NCBI RefSeq assembly: GCF_036321535.1
Contig: NC_087436.1
Span: 77,440,001-77,504,000, forward strand
DNA length: 64,000 nucleotides
Source: Camelus dromedarius
Lineage: Eukaryota
Direction: 5' to 3'
Position 1 is the stretch's first letter. Every line of letters begins with the position of its first letter. A program made the position numbers and the translations under genes. Of this stretch, positions 37,776 to 50,592 are shown piece by piece. The notes below the pieces were generated by a model. The model made no database searches. It saw only the letters and a program-made list of their open reading frames with translations, and was not told where the DNA came from.

Positions 37776-38229
37776 TTTTTTAAAGGAAATTTTATTAGAG
37801 AAATGGAAAACAATTATTTATAACATTGTCCAATTACTATTGAAATGATAGAGGGCTCCAAATGAGAAAACTTTCAGTTACTAAAGTAGATCACACTCAG
37901 GCTGAAATAAACCTAATTCTTCAGAAGGGCTCCATTAACCTACTATGCCCATTCTGGATACCAGAATCATGACTCTATTGTCAATTAGGTCCATCCTGTA
38001 TAATGCCTGGAAGGACTGCTTAAATTTTAACTTTAAAATACATCCAAAGTTTTAACTGAGGATGCCTAACTTAACAAAGGAACTGAACCAGGCCCTGCAA
38101 CCTAGTCATTATTACACACACTTAGGCAATGAAATTCTGATATGATTATTCCATTTCCTTTATCCCTAAGGAACTGATAAAACCCTGAACATAATATAAC
38201 TACAATAGTAACAGTAACAGTAAAGTGTT

Positions 38230-38720
38230 TTAAAGCAATAGATAATATTTACTAAGTGTTTACCATGTACTCAGCAATGTATGTGCTTAGCAAAAATAGT
38301 CTTAATTCACACAGCAACTCTAAGAGGCAAGTGTTATGACTATTTCATAATAGAAGAAACTGAATCCTAAAAAAGGATAACTAACTTACCAGTGTCGCAG
38401 AGTACGCAGGTGGTAGGGCCAGCATTTGGATCCAGGTCTGTGTGTTCATTGTGTGGTGGTTAGGAACATGGGCTTCATGGGAAGCCGCCCTGGCTGTGAG
38501 GGTGTGAAGGTGTGAGTGTGGGTGCCTGCCCCATTCTCTAGATACATGCTCTTAGGGAGTTTCTCAAACTCTCACACCTCCAACTCCTACATTTATAAAG
38601 TGAGGATATTAATGCTATCCAGCCATTATATGTAAGTAAGTAAGATGATAAAAAGTTCCTAATACTTTGCTCAGAACATTGTGTCTTCTTAATAAATGGT
38701 AGCTAGTAGTATTAATGGTA
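38230..38720. mobile_element. head-to-head MIR pair (minus ~38230-38445, plus ~38450-38720)
   Basis: agaagaaactgaatcc...aacttaccagtgtcgcagagt...atttggatccaggtctg, followed by gtgtggtggttaggaacatgggctt...ttaataaatggtagcta. Confidence 0.65.
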
Positions 38721-38911
38721 AGAGTAATTAGTATTCACTTTGGAGGAAAATACACTTTTTTCTGAATGGATATATTAAATTAATTAATCAAGAGTGTTTG
38801 CTTCATTCTAATTCTCTAACTATCTCTCACCTCTTCTATCTCACTATTTTTTCTATAAACCTATACTATGCTTTTGTAATTATGTGTTTCTAAAGTTAAA
38901 TGTTGAGTTGT

Positions 38912-39855
38912 CAATAAGAAAAAAATAAACAACCCAATCCAAAAATGGGCAGAAGACCTAAACAAGCAATTCTCCAAGGAAGACATACAAAAATGATCAA
39001 TAGGCACATGAAAAAATGCTCAATATCACTAATTATCAGAGAAATGCAAATCAAAACTACAATGAGGTATCACCTCACACCAGTTAGAATGGCCATCATT
39101 CAAAAATCCACAAATGACGAATGCTGGAGAGGCTATGGAGAAAAGGGAACCCTCCGACACTGCTGGTGGGAGTGCAGTTTGGTGCAGCCACTGTGGAAAA
39201 CAGTATGGAGATTCCTCAAAAGACTAGGAAGAGACTTAACCATATGACCCAGGAATCCCACTTCTGGGCATATATCCAGAAGTAGCCCTACTTCAGGATG
39301 ACACCTGCACCCCAATGTTCATAGCAGCATTATTTACAATAGCCAAGACATGGAAACAGCCTAAATATCCATCAACAGTTGACTGGATAAAGAAGAGGTG
39401 GTATATTTATACAACGGAATACTACTCAGCCATAAAAACTGACAGCATAATGCCATTTGCAGCAACATGGATGCTCCTGGAGAATGTCATTCTAAGTGAA
39501 GTAAGCCAGAAAGAGAAAGAAAAATACCATATGAGATCGCTCATATGTGGAATCTAAAAAAAAAAAAGCATAAACACATAACAGAAATAGACTCACAGAC
39601 ATAGAATATAAACTTGTGGTTGCCAAGGGGGCGGGGGGTGGGAAGAGATAGACTGGGATTTCAAAATTGTAGAATAGATAAACAAGATTATACTGTATAG
39701 CACAGGGAAATATATACAAGATCTTATGGTAGCTCACAGAGAAAAAAAATGTGACAATGGATATACACATGTTCACATATAACTGAAAAATTGTGCTCTA
39801 CACTGGAATTTGACACTTTGTAAAATGATTATAAATCAATAAAAAAATGTAAAAA
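38912..39855 (+). mobile_element. young camelid L1, 5'-truncated, with complete 3'UTR and 14-bp TSD
   Basis: ORF2 C-terminal peptides (HCWWEC, TWKQPKYPS, ENVILSEVSQ), 3'UTR and A-tail; TSD aaatgttgagttgt at 38898-38911 and 39856-39869. Confidence 0.95.
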
Positions 39856-40310
39856 AAATGTTGAGTTGTGATTTCCTGACTATTACCAATTACTATACAT
39901 CAATAGTTCTAAGATTTTTTAAATGATTTCATAAAGCATGTTGTTAATTAGGAAAATGTTTCATTTTAGCAATTTTTATTTCACTCAAAGTTTTTTTAAA
40001 TATACTTTTACACATATGTAGCCATACTTGGAAAGACATGAGTAAATGAATTTGCTCTGTACAGATGTGTGTGAAAACAGCTCCTTATGATTTTTTCTAG
40101 GTTTAAAATGATAGAAATTTTACTTGAACATTTTGTTTCCATTGAAAAATAAAAGAAATCGTAACTACAATGATCACCAGAATTCCCATTAAGAAAGAAA
40201 CAACATTTGCATGTTGCTCACAAACTGGGTGAATAGGGCAGAAGGTTAGGCTTGAAGAGAACCTGAACGTGAACTAAGCAGTTCCTTGCACAAGAAAAGG
40301 AGGAGATTTC

Positions 40311-40582
40311 GTTTCTTCTGAGGCCTTTCTCTCTGGCTTGCAGGTGGCCCCTCTCACTGTGTCCTCACATGGTCTTTCCTCCATGCACACAAACCCCTGA
40401 TGTCTCTCTGTGTGTCCAAATTTCCTCCCCTTATAAAGTCTGATTGGATTAGGACCTACCCTAATGGGCTCATTGTAACATAATTGCCTCTTTAGAGTCC
40501 CTATGTCTAACGCATTCTCTGAGATATAGGGGTTAGGGTTTCAATATCTGGATTCTGAGGGGTTACAGTTCAGCCCATAATA
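40311..40582 (-). mobile_element. MaLR LTR, MLT1A/MLT1B-like (partial)
   Basis: tggcttgcaggtggcc...gtcctcacatggtcttt...gattggattaggacctaccctaatg...acagttcagcccataa. Confidence 0.8.
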
Positions 40583-42609
40583 TTATCATTACATTTGTGT
40601 ATTTTGTTTGTCCTACCTCTTCCATATTTTTCCTCTCCCTCCTTGCCTTCTGTTTCATTGATCGATCACTTGTCCTCATTTTATTGTTTCCTCTTATAAT
40701 TTAAAGATGATTTACACTATCTCCTGTAGTGACCCTTTATTTATACATACATAGCTATCAAATTCTAAAATCAATCAACATAGCTGCCCTCATTCTAAAA
40801 AATTTAGACATTCCAACTTTAATTATAACTCCTTCCAAACATACATGTTAATGTTAATAAAAACAAATATGATTTAGACATACTATTCTTTTTATTACAG
40901 AGGATATTATTTCATACATTCAGTATGTGTTTATATTTACCTATGTATTTATTATATTCTATCCTATTCTTTATCTCTTCTATTCTTTCTTATCATTCTA
41001 TTTTTTAGCTCTAACCTTCCAGCTGGGGTCACTTTCTTTTGCCTGAAGTACATCCTACAGAATTTATTTGGGCAAGAGTCTGTTGTTAGCCAAGTCTCTC
41101 ATTTTGGGGGGGGGGTCTGAAAATATCTACATTTTGCTCAGTACAAAAGTGTTTTCTCTGGATGTATAATTCTGGAATGATGCTTTTTTCTGGATACATT
41201 AAAAGGTTTTTATCCTTTTTTGTTTGTCTGTTTCTCAGCTTTATGTTGTGGCAATAAGTCCTGTTAGTCTATCTGAAAGGCTGGGTTTGGTTTCCTGTCA
41301 CTCCCACCCCCACATGGTCATGAAGCCCTTGCTGAGATTCCTTGAGGTTGGGCAAATGTCTTCAAGACAAAGATGACTTTAGGGTTCTGCTTTCCTCTCT
41401 GGGGTTCTGCTTTCCTCTCTGTGCTCCTGCTTTCACTTAGTTTTTGGACTCTGAGTATTCATCATTTTCTTGCCAGTGCATCAATGCATGGTACAAGTTG
41501 TTTTTTTGATTTTCTCCACAATTTTCATTTGTTTTCAGAAAGGGAGTCAGTTAAAATATCTGGTATGCCATTCTGCTGGAAAAATTAGGCTGGTCCATCT
41601 CTCATTTAAAGAAAGAGAGACAGAAACAGATGAAAACAGAGACAGGAGAGAGGCAGAGGAGCTTTCTTTTGTAAGTAGAGTTCCATTTTGAAAATAGAGG
41701 ATTTACTTTGTAACTTTTTTCCCTCTCTCTGTCCCTGCATGGCTTGCCTAACATCAGTAGCAGCCTTGATGGAATAAAGATTACAAGCACCTTTCGGACT
41801 GCATATGAAATATTGATAGCTCATGATAGCTCATGGACTAGTTTAAGGAAGGGTAGCAATGCTAGTTATTGGTGAGGGTCTCAAGAAGTCTGAGTTACTA
41901 TCCCTTTAGTTTTTTGTGCTGTAAAAACTATAAACTAACTAACTAAAAGCATGGAGAAATCTATAAATTTAACTGGGATTATGTAGGGGAGTGAGAGGGA
42001 CTAAAGACTGAGTCTATATAAAATTGAGCACAGAAATAGCAATGCACGTTAATTCCTCCAGCCATATCTATGGGAAATATCACTAATCCATCACAACACT
42101 CCTTCTCCCTGAGCTTAGAAAGTACCTCAGAATCCTTTTTAGCGCAGTATTCTCAGCACGCAGTGCCTTACCAGAGTAGTCTAGAAGATGAAACATCAGC
42201 AGAATAACAAATACTTGTAAATTGTGTCTCCATTCTTCCATTTTTCAGTTGGCGTATTGTTAGTATATTTTTGTAAGTGTAGCAGGGAAAATAAGTATTT
42301 CAGTTTTCTAACTTCACCCTTTTGGAGGCTCTCCTATCTAAGATAACCCATATTAGTGTTTCCTGTAATTGACTATACAGTGACCCAACAAGTAACAATC
42401 CAGTGATTGCTTGAGAGGAAAAGGAAGGCTTGTATACAGGTTCTTCCAGATTTAGAACTTTGCTGTGAAATTCTACACTTTGATCTAGATTTGGAAACGA
42501 ATACATTAAGAGCTTTTCCAATTACAAGTAGGGTTCCCCCCCCCCTTTTTTCCTTCCCTCTAGAGCTAAGGATCCATGTCTATTGGCTTGACAGGGGAGT
42601 GACTATAGT

Positions 42610-43000
42610 TCCTCATTTGTATCACATTGTTTCCACTTCAGGGCTTTTTTACTAGCTGTCTCTTTTGCCTGGTAGACTGCTATTCTAGATCTTAACATGG
42701 CTTCCCTCTTCTCAGCCTTCAAGTCTTAGCTTAAGTGTGATCTCCGCAAGATATTTTCTGATCACTCTGCCTAAAGTAGCCTTCACTGCCACCAACTCCT
42801 TCTCTAGCCAACCATTTTCTGTATCTGCTTTATGACATTTATCCCTCACTGTAAGTATTGTTTTCTTTTCATGTCTGTTGTCTGTCTCCACTTAGCTCAA
42901 CATAACTTCTGAGAGATCAGGACCTTTAGTGTTTATCACTGTATCTTTGGCACCTACAGCAATGTCTACATGCAGTAGCTGCTCAATGATATTTGTGGGG
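42610..43000 (+). mobile_element. L2 3' end
   Basis: cttcagggctttttactagctgtctcttttgcctgg...tttatcactgtatctttggcacctacagcaatgtctacatgcagtagctgctcaatgatatttg. Confidence 0.7.
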
Positions 43001-43464
43001 AAATTAAAACTTTATAGTTTTGACCTATGGAATTAATTTTTTTAAAGAAATTTTAATTTGTAAAGAGATTTTAAATTTGTAAAGTCATTTTTTGACTCTT
43101 ATGATAATAAAAAGAAGGGACCCAACTTCTGTCTATAACAGAAACTATATAGGTGTTCAAATGGAAAAGGAATGTAGTGATTGGAAGGACAAACACGTAA
43201 CCCTGGGTTTTCATCTAGGTTTTTCAGTTTACTGAAGGTTGTATGTGAGATACTCAACCTCTCTGTTCCTCAGATTTTTAATTTACAAAATGATGACAAA
43301 GAGAAGACAATGGGGTTGAAGAAAAAGTAAATAAATGAATGTATTATAAACACTGAAAATAACGTCTGCCTTTAGGAAGATGTCTATGAATTATTTATTG
43401 ATATTGTTATATAAAATTATTATAAGTACACATTATATGCATGTTGAATTAGCTTTTCACAAAT

Positions 43465-43590
43465 TTTCTCATCTGTCAGGAGAAAATAATAGTACTACTT
43501 CATAGGATCGTTGTAAGGATCAAATGTAAAGCACTTAGAACAGGATGTGGCACAGGTATCACTCAATAACTATAGCTTTTATTACTATAT
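43465..43590 (+). mobile_element. MIR SINE 3' part just upstream of the CFAP299 exon
   Basis: ttctcatctgtcagg...taatagtactacttcataggatcgttgtaaggatcaaatgtaaagcacttagaacag...tggcacaggtatcactcaataa. Confidence 0.75.
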
Positions 43591-43654
43591 AAAATTTACT
43601 CAAATGACTTGTATTCATTTACTCTCTCCTTTCTCCGTTTTTCTGTGTTGCCAG

Positions 43655-43797
43655 TCCGTGATCTTTATTCGTGACAGAAATTCTCATGGGCAGGAGGTGT
43701 CAGGATACATCGACTATGCCCACAGGCTAAAGACTGAAGATTTTGAAGTCTACTTTAGTGGGAAAAAAAGACTTCTTCCAAGACCCACGGATATGAG
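43655..43797 (+). CDS. CFAP299: CFAP299 (C4orf22; cilia- and flagella-associated protein 299, DUF4464) internal coding exon, 143 bp, phase 0 acceptor / phase 2 donor
   Basis: Translates [47 protein letters not shown](S), which I recognise as the central part of CFAP299. A long polypyrimidine tract ends ...ctgtgttgccag|TCC (AG at 43653-43654) and the donor is ATGAG|gtaaat (GT at 43798-43799). CpGs are retained within the exon. Confidence 0.95.
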
Positions 43798-44189
43798 GTA
43801 AATTGTACACATTTCTCACGCCTTCAATGAGAACAAGCTCCTCGGATGTAAAGATAAAAGATTTTTATTTTATGTTCTGCATTGTACCTGGAATGCTCAT
43901 GTATATGAAGGAGGAAAGTGGTAAGAGTGGTTTAGATTTTAAAAAATGTATGTTTTAAGACGGAGAATGAACATAGATGCATTTTTTTCCATGAACAGCC
44001 TGAGGAAGGGAACTCTTCAGAGATGAGATAAGTAAATTCTCCTTAACATTCCTTTTAAATGATAAGTAGAACCTAAAAATTGCTAATCTCATAAGGCTCT
44101 TGCACCACTTGGGACTCCGTCTAGAAGCCTTAGGAGCAGTCCATCCAGCACATTCTCCTCTCCCTTTTTTTTTGGCCACCAACTGAAGT

Positions 44190-46110
44190 CTGGGCTTCTG
44201 ACTGGCTCACCCTCATTTACTCTCATCACTGGCCTGTTCTGGGATCCCCTCCACCCACAGTAGTCTTTTTATTATTGACCCCTACCCTTTCCTTTGGCGC
44301 CTTTATCCCATCACATAGGATCTACTCTACCATGTCAGTTCAACCTAGATGCAGAACAAATCATTTAATTTCCCTCTTGCAATCATCCCTGCTGCCCACG
44401 TCTTTTTGTGCTTTGGTTGTAATCTATCCTGCTTGCCCTTAAGAGTAGGTTGACCCAGTCACCCTCTTCCTGCATCTAGGACTGGACCCCCGGGCACTGC
44501 TGAAGGAAATTTTAGGAAATTTCACAAAGTTGGCTGCTACTAATAATTAATGGTCTCCAAATTCAACCAGGACCTTTGTGGCCCTGAGACACCCATTTAT
44601 GTGCTTTTTATCAGACTTTAATTTCACCCCTCAACACACACACACAAAATATTCTGGAGCTTCACCACTCCCTCAAAATCGTTGTTCTCAACTGCTGACC
44701 CTGACTCCTGTCCATATACAATTTACCTCACATTTCACAGAGAACGTGGGGTCTAAACATGGGAACCACCACCACAGTCTGTCTGTCTGTCCACCGAAAT
44801 CAGCTTCCTCATTAGCCAGTGCCCCACTCAGAGTGCCTTCTGATTATTTCCAGTCACAGGTCCATTCTGGCAGCTGTTGGTCCCGGGCCTGCCATCTACA
44901 TCAGGACATGTCTGCTCCTAACCCTTGAAACACCACCGTGCTGCCTTGTACCTCAGCCCACCTCTCAGGGGCCAGTTTGCTGTAAACTTGTACATATTCT
45001 TCCAACACAGCAAAGCATAGGCTTCCTTAACAACCATGAGGGAATATGTCCTGAGAGTGACTCGGGCTTTTCTGGTGACATTTCTGAAATAAAATAAATC
45101 TGACCCCAGGTGACTTTACTCTCTACCTGTATAAACAATTTTTTTCTTTAAAAAATTGTTCATTTTTATTAAGTAAAATGTTCCTTTATACATGCATAAC
45201 TCTCACAATATTTTTCCAGATTCAGAAAGGAAAGGACTCCTTGTCTTGTTTAGAGTTAATTCAACTTGTTTTTATCTTTTTCACCCCTCTTTCCACTGAA
45301 GCCATACTTCATTTATTGTTCTCTCTGTTTTCATAGATTCTCAAACTGACCCTCTCAACTGTCTCCTTTATCTTTCCTCTAAACATGCTGAAATCATTTC
45401 TATATTAATGAAAAGAAATCCTCTTTGAATTCCAATTTTGACCTACCTCTCTTACTGTTTCCAGCTAAACTCCTCAAAATAACAAGTGTCTTCAATTCTC
45501 ACTTCTCCTGTAGGTGCTAACTCATTGTAATTAGCCCTCTGCCACCATTACACAAATGAAACGACTCCCGCTGAAATCACCAGTGACTGCCAGTTTCAAA
45601 ACCCTGTAGATTTTCAGTTCTTACTTATCTTCTCTACGTTATGTGATTAGTGTTGATTAATTCTTTCTTCTCAAAATTATTCAACTACTCTAACCTGTTA
45701 TTCTCAGGTTGGACTCTCCCCTTGTTTATTTCATGCACGTTGGCAGTCACCAGAATTCATCCTTGGACTTCTTTTCTTACCATATGCATTCTCTTGGGTG
45801 ATTAGATCATTTTTTCTGGAGTGAACTTGTCTTTGAAATTACAACCCTAGCACAGATCTCTTCTTTATTTAAGATTCAACTGTCCTATTGCTCACTTCAG
45901 ACAACTATCTGGGTATCCCATTAGCATCTAAAACTTAGTTTCAATATTAAACTCATTGTAATGTGTGAAACCTGCTGTTGCTTCTGTGACCCCTTTCTTG
46001 GCTAAGAGCATCACCTTGGCAACCCAAGGCAAAATCCATGTTATCCTAGACCTCTTCCTCTCCATCACCCCTATAACTAATAATTTACTAAAAATACTAG
46101 ATTCTGTTAC
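44190..46110 (+). mobile_element. degraded L2 body
   Basis: Pyrimidine-rich sequence with L2-like motifs (tttacctcacatttcacagagaa, ctgaaatcaccagtgactgcc, tatctgggtatcccattagcatctaaaacttag, atcctagacctcttcctctccatcacccc). Confidence 0.55.
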
Positions 46111-46860
46111 CTTAACAGCTTTTTTTATGTTAAAGCAAATACAAAATTTGTCATTCCACCTGTAAACACTTCAGTATGAATGTTTATCTGATAACGTTTT
46201 AAAAGAAACTATCATGACATCATCATACCTAACAAAATAATTCCTTAATGTCATCTAATACTTGGTCCTTGTTCATATTTCATTGACTGTCTTAGGTTAA
46301 TTTTCAAAGTTGGTTTGCCCGAATCAAAATCCAAACAACATTGTGTTATTCTATCTTTTACTTTATAATCATCCCCCTCCTTTTTATCTTTTATGCTGTT
46401 GATTTATTGGAGAAACCAGGGCATGTGTCCTAAGAAATGTGCCATATTCCAGATGTGACTGATCACTCTCATGTTGTTGTTTGTTACATGTTCCTTCTAT
46501 CCTCCTATTTCCTGTCAACTGGCTTGATGAAATTCAGTGTCAATTTTTTTTTAGGTAAGATTTTTTAATATGTTAAGCTCTGTGAGTTTGTTCAGTAGGT
46601 TCAGGCGGTGTCACTGGGATCACTCCACTATAAAGTTCCCATCAAGCTTCACTCAGTGGTTTGAGCACACAATAATGATGCCTCCTTACATGTTTTTACT
46701 AAGGTTTGTATAACGGTACTGTTATAATTCTACCATTCATTCTGCATTTTTTAGCTGAAATTCTTCCACAGAGAATAACTTTTCCTCATAGTTTGTTTGA
46801 CTGCCCTGAAATAGAATTCAATTCTTGCAGAAAGACAAAAATACATGTTTTATTATTTTC
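46110..46860 (-). mobile_element. L1MC4/L1MC5-like 3'UTR
   Basis: ttaaagcaaat...cacctgtaaacacttcagtatg...aattccttaatgtcatctaatac...gaatcaaaatccaaacaa...gactgccctgaaataga. Confidence 0.65.
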
Positions 46861-46899
46861 CTAAGTTTATGAAAAAATGCAAAGCCCTAAGCACAAAAG

Positions 46900-48320
46900 A
46901 GGATACAGATAATGCCAAGTTGTCTTCAGAGTGCTTATACTAATTTGTATCCACCGGAAATACTATATAAATGCTGTAGTTAGCCTTCATCCTCACCAGT
47001 TCATGACATCAGCACACTTCTTTTCCCACTGTGGTTAATTATAAGTGATCTCTCATTGTGGTTTTAATTTTCATTTCTGTAATTATTAATCAGGTTGGGG
47101 ATCTTTTATTGGTTGTTCAGATTTCCTTTCTGTGAAGTACCTATTAAGACTTTTCCTCATTTTTTTCTACTGGTTATTTTTTTTTTACTGATGTATAATC
47201 AGTTTGCAGTGTGTCAATTTCTGGTATACAGCATAATGTTTCAGTCATACACATACATACATATATTTGTTTTCATATTCTTTTTCATTATAATACTACA
47301 AGATATTGAATATAGTTCCCTGTGCAATGCAGAAACTTGTTTTTTATCTATTTTATATATAGTAGTTAATATTTGCAAATCTTGAGCTCCCAACTTATCC
47401 CTTCCCACTGCTTTCCCTCACAGTAACCATAAGTTTATTTGTTCCTCCTTTTCTTGTAAATCGTAGGAGTTCTTTTTATTTTTTATTTTTTGAATATTGA
47501 TAATCCTTTGCCTCTTCTACGTATTGAAAAATATCAACTTCCAGTGTGTAATTCTCCTTTCACTTCCTTTTTACTGACTTTTGATGGTCAGAAGTCAGAA
47601 GTTTTAATAGTTGGATTAATTCATTTTATTAATCTTTTCCTCAGAGGTTTGCGTTTTTTGTGTTTCATTTAAAAATCCTTACCTTTCTGGAAGTCATAAA
47701 GATATTGTCCTATAGAGTATTTTAGTTTTGTTTTTTATTAACCTACTTGAATTTAATACTGTATATGGTGGTTAAGTAAGACTCTCCTTTTTGTTTCTGT
47801 TTTCCGTATGACTAAGAATTTGCCATAGCAACATTTATTGAAAAGTCCACTATCTCTCCTCTCACGTCTTCGACACCGTTTGTGTCAAAAGTTAAGTTCT
47901 GTATGTGTTGGTTTGTTTCTGGGCTTATTCTTTTGTTCCATTGGTCTCTTCTTAAAATAATAGAATCTTACTCATTTTTATATGTTCATAATAATTCATA
48001 ATACAAAGAAAGGCAGTTTCTTCACCTTGGTTTTCTTTTTCAAGAGTATCTAAACTATGCTTGCCCTTTACTCTTCCATGTGCATTTTATTCAGCTTATA
48101 AAGCTCACACACAAAACATGGTGTAATTTTGATTGGAATTGCTTTCAGGTAATGACCAATGTATAGTTCATTGACATCTTTGTGATATTAAGTCTTCCAT
48201 TTATTTATTTACATTTGCTTATGCCTTCTTTAATGTTTTTAAATAATATTTTATAATTTTCTCAATTAAGGATTTCATCATTTGTTCATTTTTCTCCTGG
48301 GTGCCAGATAATTACTGATC
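46900..48320 (-). mobile_element. old L1M ORF2 fragment (contains a younger L1 insert)
   Basis: ctcattgtggttttaattttcatttctg...caacatttattgaaaagtcc...ttttgttccattggtct...ttttgattggaattgc. Confidence 0.7.
47176..47440 (-). mobile_element. artiodactyl/camelid L1 3'UTR fragment
   Basis: Poly(T), then actgatgtataatc...tttctggtatacagcataatgtttcagtcatac...tattgaatatagttccctgtgc...gtaaccataagttt. Confidence 0.8.
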
Positions 48321-49664
48321 TTTTAAACAAAATTAGCTCTATTCCAATGATCCCACTGTATAATTTTTACCACATTGAGTTTAATTTAAGCCATTTATCA
48401 GAAGCAAACTTCAGATTTTTCACTCTAGAAATTTAATGCCAATAAATGACTTAAACAGTTGTTACTAGGGGAAAAATATCTTTGGTATCCATAGTTCCAT
48501 ACTTGGTTTGATTCAGAACTAAAACAAAGACTTTAAAATTAAAGATTTCAGAAGATCTATTTTACTTATCTTTTGTTTCTATTTACTTATCTTTTGACAT
48601 GCTATTTTATCCTGTGTAGGAAGATACATTAGTTCTGTGATTAGAATCATGTCTTGCATTTTTACTGCAGAAAATATAAATATCAGCAGACAGCTGCAAC
48701 TGTTATGAAATGCAGCAGTAGCAAGGGCTGAGAACCTGATCATCTTGTCAGCTCAGACTTCATCTTGACCATGTGTTTAAGATTCAGTATCTTCCCCAGC
48801 ATAAATGTGAATAACTTATAAGCAAATAGCATGTTACAGTTTACCAAGTTCCTTTACAGTTCCCTGTAACAACTTTGTGCAATAGGTCCAACAGCATTTT
48901 TCTTAACATCTGGGAGAGGAGAAAAGATAAACCACTTGCTAAAGTTTACAAGCAAAACAGTGATGAGTGAGAACAAGTCTTAGGAATTATAATTCACTGC
49001 TCACCTCCAGAACACTCTTCTAGGTTTAAAAGTGTCTGTGTCCTGAGGATGATTACACTATGTAGAATCCTTGAATCATGCTCTACCCCACATTTAGCTG
49101 CTTAAATTTCCATATTTGTGTATTGTTGAACAAAGATCTGAGGTCCGCCTGCAGAGCTCTATCCATCCCTCAGATAGAATGGTCAGGAGGAAATGAAAAA
49201 GTTCTTTTTGTATTTCTCTTTGGAGAGTCCATGAAATATTCATACCCTTGACCGAGAAATGCCCTTAAATACAAAAGCTTTGAGAGGTATTATTGTCAAA
49301 TTTCCCTTGCAGTCCCATTGTCTGTTTTATTAAAATGTTGAACGTGCCAAACTGTGAAGTTAGAATTGTAAAGTTGTGCTTATCCTGTGCTTAAGTGCAT
49401 TCTCATGAAAGCATCTGGTAATGTATTGGCAGGTTCTCAAGTTTAAAAAAAAATAAAGGAGTAAATGACTCAGTGCTTCTGCAAATGGTATATAAAATAT
49501 TGCCTATTTTTAAGTTATTAATGTTGTCTCACTTGTAAATATAGTAACCAACCACTAGAATATAAATTTAGTCTCTTCAACAGATATTCACTAAATTTTG
49601 AGGGAGGAAAGAATGCTTTTGGGGGGCAAATGCTGATCGAAGGAGACTTGCCACAACCATCTAG

Positions 49665-49826
49665 CTCCTCATTCAAAGTGTGGTCCATGGACCAGGAGCA
49701 CTGACACCACCTGAGAGCCTGCAAGAAGTGAAGTATCTCAGGCTCTATCCCAGCCCATGAAGAAAAGGCCCTTTAACACGATCCCCCCAAATTTCAATGT
49801 CCATATTGAAGTTTGAGAAGCATACT
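49665..49826. mobile_element. MER5A (hAT-Charlie)
   Basis: tcaaagtgtggtccatggaccaggagcactgacaccacctgagagc...tctcaggctctatcccag...gaagtttgagaagca. Confidence 0.75.
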
Positions 49827-49832
49827 TGAGAC

Positions 49833-50153
49833 CTGTGCTGTCCAATAGGATCACCACTGGCCACATATGGCTATCGAATACTTCAGTGTGACCTACCCTG
49901 AGTTAAAGATGTGCTGTAAATGTAGAATACAGACCTGATTCTGAAGACATCATAAAGATATGAAATACCTTGTTAATAAATCTACATTAATAACATGTGA
50001 GAATAATAATATGCTGGATATGTTAGGTTAAATGAGATGTATTATAAAAATTATTATCATCTATTTCTTTTTATTTTAGTGTAGCCACTAGAAGCATTCA
50101 GAATTACATACATGGCTCATGTTTATGGCCCACATTATGTACATATAGCACTG
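49833..50153. mobile_element. MER33 (hAT-Charlie)
   Basis: ctgtgctgtccaatagg...gccacatatggctatcga...agatgtgctgtaaatgtagaatac...tggatatgttaggttaaatg...tagcactg. Confidence 0.8.
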
Positions 50154-50246
50154 TTCTGGTCTACTGGTCCCCGACCCAGAAGTTCAATCCCATCCTGTTC
50201 TTTAGGACCAATGCTGATCTTAGGTGGGACCTAAGAAGCCACAGAC

Positions 50247-50592
50247 CAGAGATTACCAGTTAGTAGTGTCTGGCTGCAGACATGTTTTATTTGGCCTGCA
50301 CAATGTATTTAAAAGTTGTGTCAATGTTTTAGATACAGGAAATGTCACATAAAATATTTTTGAGTTGCAGATTCTCCTAAAACTAATGAGGTCTTCCCAC
50401 ACCGAGCCTGCATTCTCTCATCCCAGCCGTGATCTTGAATTAAATAGCAGCTGCTCCCTGAGATAGAGTATGTTCTCACCAGACTAACAAAAATAACTAC
50501 TCACACTTTCCAGCATTTGCACTGTTACCCTTGAGTCATTCATTCATAGCGTCTATAGGATTCTTCTAGGCATTTGAGTTTGTCATCTCCAG
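50247..50592. mobile_element. MER102-like (hAT-Charlie)
   Basis: tctggctgcagacatgttttatttggcctgcaca...tagcagctgctccct...taggcatttgagtttgtcatctcc. Confidence 0.7.

Noticed and set aside
43547..43654. N-terminal part of the 84-aa ORF in the track
   Set aside because: It starts at a GTG inside a MIR and reads through the polypyrimidine tract; only 43655-43797 is exon.
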